From: Bdellovibrio sp.
GTDB lineage: Bacteria; Bdellovibrionota; Bdellovibrionia; Bdellovibrionales; Bdellovibrionaceae
DNA length: 64,000 nt
Assembly: GCA_036677065.1 (NCBI GenBank)
Contig: JAKFBS010000002.1
Location: forward strand, 768,001 to 832,000
Reading direction: 5' to 3'
Part shown: positions 9,584 to 18,283 of the stretch, one piece after another
How positions within the stretch are numbered: position 1 is the stretch's first letter
Layout: every line of letters starts with the position of its first letter
Position numbers and translations under genes: made by a program
Notes under the pieces: model-generated
What the model was told of the DNA's origin: nothing
The model's database searches: none
The model's input: the letters and a program-made list of their open reading frames with translations, nothing else

Positions 9584-10656
9584 TCAGGCATAAGTTCAAA
9601 ATCTAAATCAAAGATATTATGTTGTCCGAAAACAACTTTTTTATCGTTCACTTCTTTTAGTGTCTTTTCAAATAAATATTTGTGTTTCACACTTTTTTGC
9701 ACACCCGTGGTAAGGTGTAGTTTTGTTTTTTCAAAGCTGGATTTGTGTATCCAATGAAACCAGGCATAAAAATAGTAGGCGTAAAAATCATCTCTCAAAA
9801 ATTCAAGTTCTGTTAATTTAAAAAGCCCCCGTTCAGAAACCATTACGCTGTAAGCGACAAATTGCTGAATCTCTTTATCCTGAGGCGCAAGCTTATAGGC
9901 CTTCGTTATATAAGGATACACTGGCCCCGTATTTGAAAAATCATGCACAGGCAGAAGATATTGAGCGATCAAATACAACTTCAAGGCCTTTAGCTGATTA
10001 GGCGCGCGGCGAAGCACTTCGTCGGCCAGATTTTTTTGTAATTCATCATCATAATGTAAACGGGCTACAAATTGCGCAATCAATTTAGCTCGAAGAATAT
10101 CCTCTGGCATATTATTAATATCTGTTACATCAGTATAAAAATAATCAGTCAGCATGAATTTATAATAAGTCAGAAAGGCATCACATAAGGCATCTGCAAC
10201 CACATTATGCGTATCACTGTTTTTATAAATGACTTCAGTTGATGGTTTATCAGTGCAACTTTTAATGTCCATCCCTTTAACAGTTGGAATAGCAAAACAG
10301 TTTTTATCCATGAACGCCGGATTTTTTTCTAGCGCTTCACGAAAGACTTTTCCGCTGGGAATTCTAAGCATTTCTTGAAACTGAGCCTTACAAAATGGAC
10401 TATTGGAAAAATTATCAGAAATTTTAACAACGGCTGCTGAAACCGCAACTGAAACCAATGCAGGAGCCGGAGCAGAAACAGATGCTACAGCTACTGGGCT
10501 AGAAACTCCGGCGGTATGAGTTATTGTTGTAGCTGTGAGAACTTGAACTTCTTGAGCTGCAAGGTCTCCCTTGAAATAATTTGATAGAAGAGTCCACAGA
10601 ACAACTGTAACGAGTACCAAAACTACCAGTCCAGCTTTTACTGCAGATTTCTTCAC
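9568..10656 (-). CDS. Membrane-anchored helical/TPR-like protein (paralog B)
   Basis: Same architecture and collinear motifs as 8498..9583; GTG start overlaps the dut stop (TAGTG). Confidence 0.7.
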   Translation of the reverse strand: MKKSAVKAGLVVLVLVTVVLWTLLSNYFKGDLAAQEVQVLTATTITHTAGVSSPVAVASVSAPAPALVSVAVSAAVVKISDNFSNSPFCKAQFQEMLRIPSGKVFREALEKNPAFMDKNCFAIPTVKGMDIKSCTDKPSTEVIYKNSDTHNVVADALCDAFLTYYKFMLTDYFYTDVTDINNMPEDILRAKLIAQFVARLHYDDELQKNLADEVLRRAPNQLKALKLYLIAQYLLPVHDFSNTGPVYPYITKAYKLAPQDKEIQQFVAYSVMVSERGLFKLTELEFLRDDFYAYYFYAWFHWIHKSSFEKTKLHLTTGVQKSVKHKYLFEKTLKEVNDKKVVFGQHNIFDLDFELMPEWDSL

Positions 10657-11096
10657 TAAGCTCTTCCTGTTGAACCAAATCCACCAGCACCACGTGCAGT
10701 ATCAGAAAGCTCTTCCACCAATTGAAAGCTCGCCTGAATAATCGGACAAATCACAAACTGTGCACAACGTTCTTGATCGTTGATCACAATCGGCTCTTGG
10801 CCAAGGTTAACTAAAATCACTTTCACTTCGCCACGGTAATCAGCATCGATTGTACCAGGTGTATTTAACACTGATAAACCTTGTTTGGCTGCTAAACCAC
10901 TGCGCGGACGACATTGAATTTCATACCCTACCGGAATTTCAAAAGTTAAACCTGTCGGAACCATCGCGCGCTCCATAGGTTTTAAAGTTAATGGTTGGTC
11001 TAACTGAGCACGCACATCAAAACCACTTGCTCCATGTGACTGGTAAGCCGGAAGTTCACCTTTGAAATGTGGCCATTTTTTAATTTTAACTTGCAT
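10656..11096 (-). CDS. dut: dUTP diphosphatase
   Basis: [34 protein letters not shown]; start placed at ATG 11096 (MQVKIK) after a GGAGAG SD. Confidence 0.97.
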   Translation of the reverse strand: MQVKIKKWPHFKGELPAYQSHGASGFDVRAQLDQPLTLKPMERAMVPTGLTFEIPVGYEIQCRPRSGLAAKQGLSVLNTPGTIDADYRGEVKVILVNLGQEPIVINDQERCAQFVICPIIQASFQLVEELSDTARGAGGFGSTGRA

Positions 11097-11106
11097 ACGC
11101 TCTCTC

Positions 11107-12387
11107 CTATTTTTTCGCAAAATTGATAGCATTAACCCATGGTTTCATTTTTGAAACATGAGGCCCCATAAGGATGACAGCCATCTTTTCTAAATCAAAA
11201 TGTTCTTTAAGATACATCTTGATTGATTTTTCACTCACGGCTTCAACTTCTTGAATGACTTTTTCAACTGAACGATAATCTGCAAAAATCATTTCATTCA
11301 CACCCAGTGAAGTCATACGGTTTTCAATATCGTCAGAACCCATTAATAATTGGCCGCGCACCTGGGTTTTAAATAAATCTAAATCCGATTTTTTAATCCC
11401 ATCTTTTTTAATTTTTAATAATTCATCTTTAATAATACTAATCACTTTTTTAACTTTTGTGGGGTCAGTGCCGGCATAAATCGTGATATTGCCACAGTCG
11501 ACTTGCGTATTTAAAGACGAAAACACGCTATAAGCTAAGCCCTGTTTTTCACGCACGGCTTGATAAAGTTTAGACGTCATACCACCGCCTAATAACGAAT
11601 TCACAATAAATGCTTCAAAGCGGTATTTATCATGAAAGCTAGTAGCTGGTAATGCTAACAGAATATGAACTTGTTCTGAATCATCATCGTAAAATTTACG
11701 TGGGGCTTTCCAGCGGGGCGCACGACGCACGTTGGGCACATCAAAGGTTTTGCGGGTGCGAAACATTTTTTGCGCTTCGATAACCAAGGCATCATGCTCT
11801 AAAGGGCCAGCAGCAGAAACGATTAAGTTACTACCCTGATAAAACTTCTTATAGAAGTCATAGACCTTTTTTTGTGTCATTTTTGATAGTGTGTCGCTTT
11901 TACCTAAGATCTGACGACCTAAGGGATGATTGGCGTAACAGTGTTCAAATAGGTAATCGTAAATAATTTCTTCAGGTGAATCATCACTCATTTGAATTTC
12001 TTGTAGAACGACTTTTTTTTCCAGCTCAAAGTCTTTCTTAGAAATTTTCATATTACAAACCAGATCTGATAAAACTTCTAAACCGATCTTCCAGTCTTCT
12101 TTTAAAACTGTGCAATGGTAAGTTGTTTGTTCACGAGTTGTGTAAGCGTTAAGGTCTCCGCCTAAAGATTCTAAAGATCTTGCGATCTGATAAGCATTAC
12201 GCTTCTTGGTGCCCTTAAAAACTAAGTGCTCAACAAAATGCGAGATACCGATTTCTTCTGGATCTTCATCGCGCGTGCCGGTTAACACCCACACGCCTAA
12301 TGCGACAGATTTAGAGTGCGGATGATATTCACTCACCACGCGCACTCCATTAGATAAAGTCGATTTTTTAAAATGTGACAATGACAA
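11107..12387 (-). CDS. M16 family zinc peptidase
   Basis: Inverted zincin [34 protein letters not shown]; pnp-M16-dut synteny. Confidence 0.93.
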   Translation of the reverse strand: MSLSHFKKSTLSNGVRVVSEYHPHSKSVALGVWVLTGTRDEDPEEIGISHFVEHLVFKGTKKRNAYQIARSLESLGGDLNAYTTREQTTYHCTVLKEDWKIGLEVLSDLVCNMKISKKDFELEKKVVLQEIQMSDDSPEEIIYDYLFEHCYANHPLGRQILGKSDTLSKMTQKKVYDFYKKFYQGSNLIVSAAGPLEHDALVIEAQKMFRTRKTFDVPNVRRAPRWKAPRKFYDDDSEQVHILLALPATSFHDKYRFEAFIVNSLLGGGMTSKLYQAVREKQGLAYSVFSSLNTQVDCGNITIYAGTDPTKVKKVISIIKDELLKIKKDGIKKSDLDLFKTQVRGQLLMGSDDIENRMTSLGVNEMIFADYRSVEKVIQEVEAVSEKSIKMYLKEHFDLEKMAVILMGPHVSKMKPWVNAINFAKK

Positions 12388-14484
12388 CTACTGCATTAAA
12401 GCTTTACGAGAAAGTTTAATACGGCCTGAACGGTCTACTTCAAGTACTTTTACGTCAATCATTTCGCCCTCTTTAAGAACGTCAGTCACTTGGCGTACGC
12501 GCTCGTTAGCAAGCTCAGAGATATGTAACAAACCTTGTGTGTTCGGAAGGATTTCTACGAAAGCCCCGAATTCAGCAATTTTCATTACTTTACCTTTATA
12601 AACTTTTCCAACTTCGGCTTCAGCACAGATTGATTCAATGATCGCGATGGCTTTTTTAGTTGCTGCAGGATCAGATGACGCAATGTTAATTGTACCGTCA
12701 TCTTGAATTTCGATTTTAACGCCAGTTTGTTCAGTGATCGAACGGATAACTTTACCGCCTGAACCGATAACTTCACGAATTTTATCCACTTTAATTTTGA
12801 TCGTCTCGATACGCGGAGCAAATTCTGACATTTGACCACGAGGAGCTTTCATCACTTTTTCCATTTCGCCTAAGATGAATAAACGTCCGTCTTTAGCTTG
12901 GTTAAGTGCAGTTTCCATTACAGCAAACGAAACTGAATCGATTTTGATATCCATTTGTAAAGCTGTGATTCCAGTTGCAGATCCTGCAACTTTGAAATCC
13001 ATATCACCTAAATGATCTTCATCACCTAAGATATCAGAAAGAACCGCTACACGGTCGCCTTCTTTAATTAAACCCATCGCAATACCTGCAATGTTAGCTT
13101 TGATTTTGATACCAGCATCAAGCATCGCAAGAGTTGCAGCACAAACTGAACCCATTGAGCTTGAACCGTTTGATTCTAAAACTTCAGAAACGATACGAAT
13201 CGTGTACGGAAATTGCGCGTGATCAGGAGCAACAGCTTTAACTGAACGTTCAGCTAAGTTCCCGTGTCCGATTTCACGACGACCTTGACCGCCGAAACGA
13301 CCGACTTCACCCACAGAGTACGGAGGAAAGTTGTAGTGTAATGAAAATTTACGTTTAACAGTTCCGTTTAAAGTCTCAACTGTTTGTTCATCATCAGCAG
13401 TACCAAGTGTAACAGTACCTAAACACTGAGTCTCACCACGTTGGAATAAACCAGAACCATGGGCACGTGGTAATAAACCAACTTCACACATGATTGGACG
13501 AACTGTTTTTAAATCACGACCGTCAATACGAGAAGCTGTATCTAAAATTTGAGAACGAGCTACTTTGTATTTAATGTCTTCGATGATAGTTGCGATTTCT
13601 TTTTTACGCGCACCTTTTTGTTTATCATCAGTTAATGGAGCTACGAACGCAGCAACAGCGGCTTCTTTAGCTGCATCAAAACCTGCGTAACGGTCTTGTT
13701 TAATTTTTTGTGATAAAGCTTTAGTGATAAGTGGAGTAATTAAGTTTTCAGCCTGAGTTCTGAAATCAGCATCAATCGTTGCTGCCGTGAAAGCGCGTTT
13801 AGCAACAGATCCAGTTTTTTCACGTAACTCTTCTTGCATTTGTAATAATGGCATTAAAGATTGGTGACCGAATTTTAATGCAGCTAATGCATCAGCTTCA
13901 GAAATAAATTTTGTTTCGCCTTCAACCATTAATAAACCATTTTTAGTTCCAGATACCAAGATATCCATATCTGAAGTTGCGATTTGTTCTGGAGTAGGAT
14001 TTGCAATAAATTGACCGTTAACACGAGCAACGTGGCATGCTGCTGTCGGGCCAGCAAATGGAATATTAGAAATGTGTAATGCAGCAGAAGCTCCTAAAGA
14101 AGCTAATACGTCCATTGAAAATGAACCATCTGCAGATAAGATTGTGCAAACAACTTGTGTGTCGTTTAAGTAACCTTCAGGAAAAAGTGGACGGATTGGA
14201 CGATCCACGATACGCGCGCTTAATACTGAATCATTAGAAGGTTTACCTTCACGTTTGAAATAACCGCCCGGGATTTTTCCGATAGCGTAATATTTTTCGA
14301 TGAATTCAACTGTTAAAGGGAAAAAGCTTTGATCTGGTTTTGCTTCTTTAGCTGATACTGCAGTAACTAAAACTACGTTGTTGCCACATGTAACTAAAAC
14401 TGAACCATCAGTTTGTTTAGCAAGGCGTCCTGTTTCGATTGTGATTTGTTTTCCTGCGATTGAGGTTGTAACTGTGTTGACCAT
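12388..14484 (-). CDS. pnp: Polyribonucleotide nucleotidyltransferase
   Basis: GKIPGGYFKREG, RREIGHG, SNGSSSM, GDMDFKVAG, C-terminal KH and S1 domains. Confidence 0.99.
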   Translation of the reverse strand: MVNTVTTSIAGKQITIETGRLAKQTDGSVLVTCGNNVVLVTAVSAKEAKPDQSFFPLTVEFIEKYYAIGKIPGGYFKREGKPSNDSVLSARIVDRPIRPLFPEGYLNDTQVVCTILSADGSFSMDVLASLGASAALHISNIPFAGPTAACHVARVNGQFIANPTPEQIATSDMDILVSGTKNGLLMVEGETKFISEADALAALKFGHQSLMPLLQMQEELREKTGSVAKRAFTAATIDADFRTQAENLITPLITKALSQKIKQDRYAGFDAAKEAAVAAFVAPLTDDKQKGARKKEIATIIEDIKYKVARSQILDTASRIDGRDLKTVRPIMCEVGLLPRAHGSGLFQRGETQCLGTVTLGTADDEQTVETLNGTVKRKFSLHYNFPPYSVGEVGRFGGQGRREIGHGNLAERSVKAVAPDHAQFPYTIRIVSEVLESNGSSSMGSVCAATLAMLDAGIKIKANIAGIAMGLIKEGDRVAVLSDILGDEDHLGDMDFKVAGSATGITALQMDIKIDSVSFAVMETALNQAKDGRLFILGEMEKVMKAPRGQMSEFAPRIETIKIKVDKIREVIGSGGKVIRSITEQTGVKIEIQDDGTINIASSDPAATKKAIAIIESICAEAEVGKVYKGKVMKIAEFGAFVEILPNTQGLLHISELANERVRQVTDVLKEGEMIDVKVLEVDRSGRIKLSRKALMQ

Positions 14485-14648
14485 TTCTTTAGGTCTCCTT
14501 TATATATTTTGTTCTTTTTTAACTATGCATATTAAGACATAAATTTAACATTTCGCCAATGAAAAAAGGGCTAGTCTCCCTCTCGAGGATTGTCTGATTT
14601 TTCACCTTATTTTTGAGTGTATTTTTCGGTCTGCGTCACAGTCCTAAA

Positions 14649-15941
14649 CTACTTAGCATTGCCTGTAGATTTGCTCTTTTTTACATCATCACCAGAGCCA
14701 GAGGCACCTGTTGATGAGTTTTCTGAACTAGGTATTGAAGTGCTCGCAAATTGGCTTAAATTTTTAAGTCTGTTTGTATGTTTCGGGCAGGTTTTACGAT
14801 CTGCCAGATACCTTCCAAGCAAGCCTGTAAAAGCATAGCCCGAAACTTTGTGTTGGCCCGAACCGTACGAGGCACATAAATACGACTCAGGGTGAGCCTT
14901 CTTTTGTCTTTTTAAAGACTCAGAAACCATGTTTTTGATCTCTGAATTATTCATTAGCGAATTAAGCATGATCTCTGAAGTTCCTGCGCCGTACACTGGC
15001 GTTGTTCCCATATGCACTTTGTATAAACACTGATTACTCATCGGCTCAGTCACTCCGAATTTTCCAAAGCCGTTAAATGATTGTGCATACATGGCCATCT
15101 TTTCTTCAGGAAGCCTCATTCCCGCAGAACGCTTGGCCGCTGAAATAAAACGATTTTGCATATATTTATGCGCCATTATATCTAAAATTTTTGAACGCAA
15201 CTCATCACCTGGATATGAAAAAACCTGATCTATCTTTTCTTCATCACGAATCGGCTCATGCACGAATCCAGCTGGATTTGTTTTAACCACCATACAGCAG
15301 TCATCTTCACGGGGGGCACTGGCCAGAAAAAAAATTGCACTTTGGCCAACGGCAAAATTTTCAAGACAAACTGTATGATCTTTTCCTTTTGGGTCTTCGG
15401 TAAATTTTTTCAGACGCGGACTGCGGTTTTTTAAATCCACCAGACCGTTATCATACCCTGTACTTTCACGGTCACAGCCCATTGTATCGCCAACCGCAAT
15501 AGCATCCAACGGAATCGTTCCAAAAGCTGAAGCGTAAGATTGCGCCGAAGTCATATCATCCACCACTTTGCGGCCCGCAAGTGGTGGATTTTCAGTTACA
15601 ACGATCGCTAAAGCTAAATAGGGATCATTCCCCGCCTTAATCGCAGAATCTATAATTTCTTGCACAGTTTTTTTATGATACTTTGTCGATTCTTTGCTCT
15701 GATAATACTGATCGTTGGGCATTGATAACGTCATCAGTTCAGAGGATTTATTCGATTTTTTAGAATCAAAACAATTTAAATATCCATTGGCTAAAAAGGC
15801 TTTGCACTCGTCAGTGTTTTGATTAACCGTTACGTTTTCAAAACGTGTTAATTTTTTCTCAGCACATGAAATTTGATATTCATAAGCAGATGCATGCAAG
15901 CCGGCGAAAACTAAAAGTGTAGAAAGTTTATTTAACTTCAT
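14649..15941 (-). CDS. Secreted Cys-rich protein with possible divergent lysozyme/lytic transglycosylase fold
   Basis: Signal peptide; AIKAGNDPYLALAIVVTEN resembles the SLT catalytic-Glu helix; QSFNGFG resembles AYNAG; 10 Cys. Confidence 0.6.
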   Translation of the reverse strand: MKLNKLSTLLVFAGLHASAYEYQISCAEKKLTRFENVTVNQNTDECKAFLANGYLNCFDSKKSNKSSELMTLSMPNDQYYQSKESTKYHKKTVQEIIDSAIKAGNDPYLALAIVVTENPPLAGRKVVDDMTSAQSYASAFGTIPLDAIAVGDTMGCDRESTGYDNGLVDLKNRSPRLKKFTEDPKGKDHTVCLENFAVGQSAIFFLASAPREDDCCMVVKTNPAGFVHEPIRDEEKIDQVFSYPGDELRSKILDIMAHKYMQNRFISAAKRSAGMRLPEEKMAMYAQSFNGFGKFGVTEPMSNQCLYKVHMGTTPVYGAGTSEIMLNSLMNNSEIKNMVSESLKRQKKAHPESYLCASYGSGQHKVSGYAFTGLLGRYLADRKTCPKHTNRLKNLSQFASTSIPSSENSSTGASGSGDDVKKSKSTGNAK

Positions 15942-16347
15942 AAACTTTTGTCACCTTATTATAATTCCATGTCATCTTACCGGATTTTGCATCAGCAGAT
16001 TTGGTTTCGGTTAAAATCTCAGGCAGGTCAGAACCCTTAACTGATTTTGACTGCGCAAAAACGCCATCGATCATTCCAGCGAAATCAAAACTTCCACTCG
16101 GGTTTTTGACGAAGGCATAATACGTACAAAGCCCGCTACCACAAGCTGCCGAAGAATTTAAAAGGATCACGCCGTGCTTAAAAGCTTTATCTTTTTTCAA
16201 AACGATACGGCGGATGTCATCAGGATTTACGTTTTCTTTTTGCGCGACATATTCTGGTAAAAATGATTCTTTCAAAGTGGTTTTTGTCGTTTGTGAAAAC
16301 GCCATTACCGAAGTTAAAAGTACTATGAAAAATGAAAATTTACCCAT
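15928..16347 (-). CDS. Small secreted protein with CGSGLC motif
   Basis: Signal peptide, beta-rich, CGSGLC motif; overlaps the next gene by 14 nt. Confidence 0.7.
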   Translation of the reverse strand: MGKFSFFIVLLTSVMAFSQTTKTTLKESFLPEYVAQKENVNPDDIRRIVLKKDKAFKHGVILLNSSAACGSGLCTYYAFVKNPSGSFDFAGMIDGVFAQSKSVKGSDLPEILTETKSADAKSGKMTWNYNKVTKVYEVK

Positions 16348-16418
16348 AGCTTATTTAACCATTATTTTTTAACGTTGGGTAAAACCAAGACCCGAACACA
16401 GGACCTTTGTTAGGTCCT

Positions 16419-16454
16419 AAAAATAAAAAACCCAGATCTTTCAACCTGGGTTTT
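16419..16454 (-). terminator. rpsO intrinsic terminator
   Basis: Minus strand CCCAGGTT-GAAA-GATCTGGG followed by TTTTTTATTTTT. Confidence 0.85.
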
Positions 16455-16481
16455 ATTAATTCTAAGCGATAAGGCTTTAAA

Positions 16482-16751
16482 TTATTTACGGATTTCTAAT
16501 GCTTTGATTAGAGTTTCGTAACGTGCAGTGCTTCTAGATTTTAAATAATCTAAAAGTTGGCGACGTTGATTTACACATTGTAAAAGACCACGACGGCTGT
16601 GGTTGTCTTTTTTGTGAGTTGCGAAGTGACCAGTTAAATCGTTAATACGAGCTGTAAGTAACGCAACTTGAACTTCTGGAGAACCAGTGTCTAGCTCAGC
16701 TGTTTTGAATTTTTTTAAGATATCTGCTTTTTGTTGTTTTGTAACTGCCAT
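16482..16751 (-). CDS. rpsO: 30S ribosomal protein S15
   Basis: [18 protein letters not shown]...HKKD.HSRRGLL. Confidence 0.99.
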   Translation of the reverse strand: MAVTKQQKADILKKFKTAELDTGSPEVQVALLTARINDLTGHFATHKKDNHSRRGLLQCVNQRRQLLDYLKSRSTARYETLIKALEIRK

Positions 16752-16864
16752 TAAATGCTCCTATGCATGTCTGTAAGCTTGCTGGGTTTCACCCAGACGG
16801 TTTTATATCCGCTCTCCGAATCCTCGTCATGACTGACATAGGGCCCCGATTTGTGCGATGGAAT

Positions 16865-16893
16865 TTTGTAACAATTTCGATGGTTTAAAGCAA
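16865..16893 (-). promoter_or_regulatory. sigma70-type promoter for rpsO
   Basis: TTGCTT-17 nt-TACAAA with TG extension. Confidence 0.5.
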
Positions 16894-16897
16894 GTAC

Positions 16898-17839
16898 TTA
16901 GTAGCGAAACCCGCGTTTGATCTTAAAACCCTGCTCAGGCTCTAAGCCAATAATAGCTAAAACCTGTTTAGTGGCTTTAGAGCTGGCAAAGATCCATTGA
17001 TCCTTGGTTGGGTCAAAACCTACGATCAGCTTAGAACGTAAATCATGGCTGATTTGGCCATTATTCAACAACATCTCGTCATGGCCATCGACTTTAACGA
17101 TTCGAACCCCAGAGACTGCTTCAGTCATAGGCACTATTTTAGCCGTCATATCTAAAGTATTCGCATCTTTTGCCGCCAGCATCGCTTCTAACGGCTGCGC
17201 TTGGGCTATAGAAAACTCATGCGATTTAGTACGACGCAGGTTCGACATCGTTGCCCCGCAGGCCAACTGTTCACCTAAAAGCTTAACCCATGAACGGATG
17301 AAACTTCCTTTTGAGCAATGCAGGTGAAAACTATAGCGCTGTTCTTTTTCAGCTTCTGTATTTTCAACGTAAGTCACATCCCAAAACGTCATCGCTTTTG
17401 AAGGGATTTCGACATGTTCGCCTTCGCGCGCATATTCATACAATTTTTTGCCATCAATTTTTTTAGCAGAGAATAAGGGAATCGGAAGCTGCATTTCGCC
17501 CATTAACTTCATGGCTTTGGCGATCACTTCTTCTTTTTTAACTGTTACCGGATTTGTTTTTTCAACAGCGCCGGTAATATCTAAAGTGTCGGTCTCGATA
17601 CCAAGTTGCAATTGCACTTCATAGGCTTTATCGCCTTCGGTCACTATTGAACTTAATTTTGTAGCTTCGCCAATCAGAACAACCATCAACCCGCTGGCTA
17701 GCGGATCAAGAGTGCCTGAATGCCCTACTTCTTTAGTGTTAGCCAAACGACGAACACGCGACACAACATCATGTGAAGTCATACCCGAGGGTTTATCCAC
17801 GAGCAAAAGGCCATGCAGAGTAGTTCTTGGTTTAGACAT
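16898..17839 (-). CDS. truB: tRNA pseudouridine(55) synthase
   Basis: DKPSGMTSHDVV, GHSGTLDPLASG, CSKGSFIRS. Confidence 0.97.
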   Translation of the reverse strand: MSKPRTTLHGLLLVDKPSGMTSHDVVSRVRRLANTKEVGHSGTLDPLASGLMVVLIGEATKLSSIVTEGDKAYEVQLQLGIETDTLDITGAVEKTNPVTVKKEEVIAKAMKLMGEMQLPIPLFSAKKIDGKKLYEYAREGEHVEIPSKAMTFWDVTYVENTEAEKEQRYSFHLHCSKGSFIRSWVKLLGEQLACGATMSNLRRTKSHEFSIAQAQPLEAMLAAKDANTLDMTAKIVPMTEAVSGVRIVKVDGHDEMLLNNGQISHDLRSKLIVGFDPTKDQWIFASSKATKQVLAIIGLEPEQGFKIKRGFRY

Positions 17840-18248
17840 CGTCTTCTTCAGATTTTTTTTGATCTTTAGCAGACATTTCAGAAATAAGTTTTTCGATTTT
17901 TAAAATTTTCTCAGTCGATTCATCCGGAAAAAACGTTAATTTCGGCAAGTACTTCATATCTAATTTATTGCCGATTTCTTCCTGAATGTCTGGAGCCCAA
18001 TGTTGTAAGATTCCTACAGCTTCTTTCAGAACTTTGGTTTGCGTAGAATTTTGTAACTCTTCAACATTAGTTTGAAGAAGACTTACGAATACGCGCGCCT
18101 GGCGAAGATCTGCCGGAATTTGCACGCGTGTCACAGTAATTAAACCTGGCAGCTCACGCTGCAAACGCTGAATAATAAATGTAGAAATAACTGATTGAAC
18201 TTCACGTTCGACGCGCGCCACACGGCGCCCGTCATTCATATTTTTCAT
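17832..18248 (-). CDS. rbfA: Ribosome-binding factor A
   Basis: ITVTRV...DL..ARVFVS, PKLTF..DES; lies between infB and truB. Confidence 0.93.
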   Translation of the reverse strand: MKNMNDGRRVARVEREVQSVISTFIIQRLQRELPGLITVTRVQIPADLRQARVFVSLLQTNVEELQNSTQTKVLKEAVGILQHWAPDIQEEIGNKLDMKYLPKLTFFPDESTEKILKIEKLISEMSAKDQKKSEEDDV

Positions 18249-18283
18249 GACAAGAATCCTTTAAAGATCTTTACTCCGGTGCT

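Noticed and set aside
14641..16421. 8-bp direct repeat GTCCTAAA flanking the rpsO-pnp insert (14641 and 16414) as a target-site duplication
   Set aside because: Too short to distinguish from chance by eye; no transposase or terminal inverted repeats
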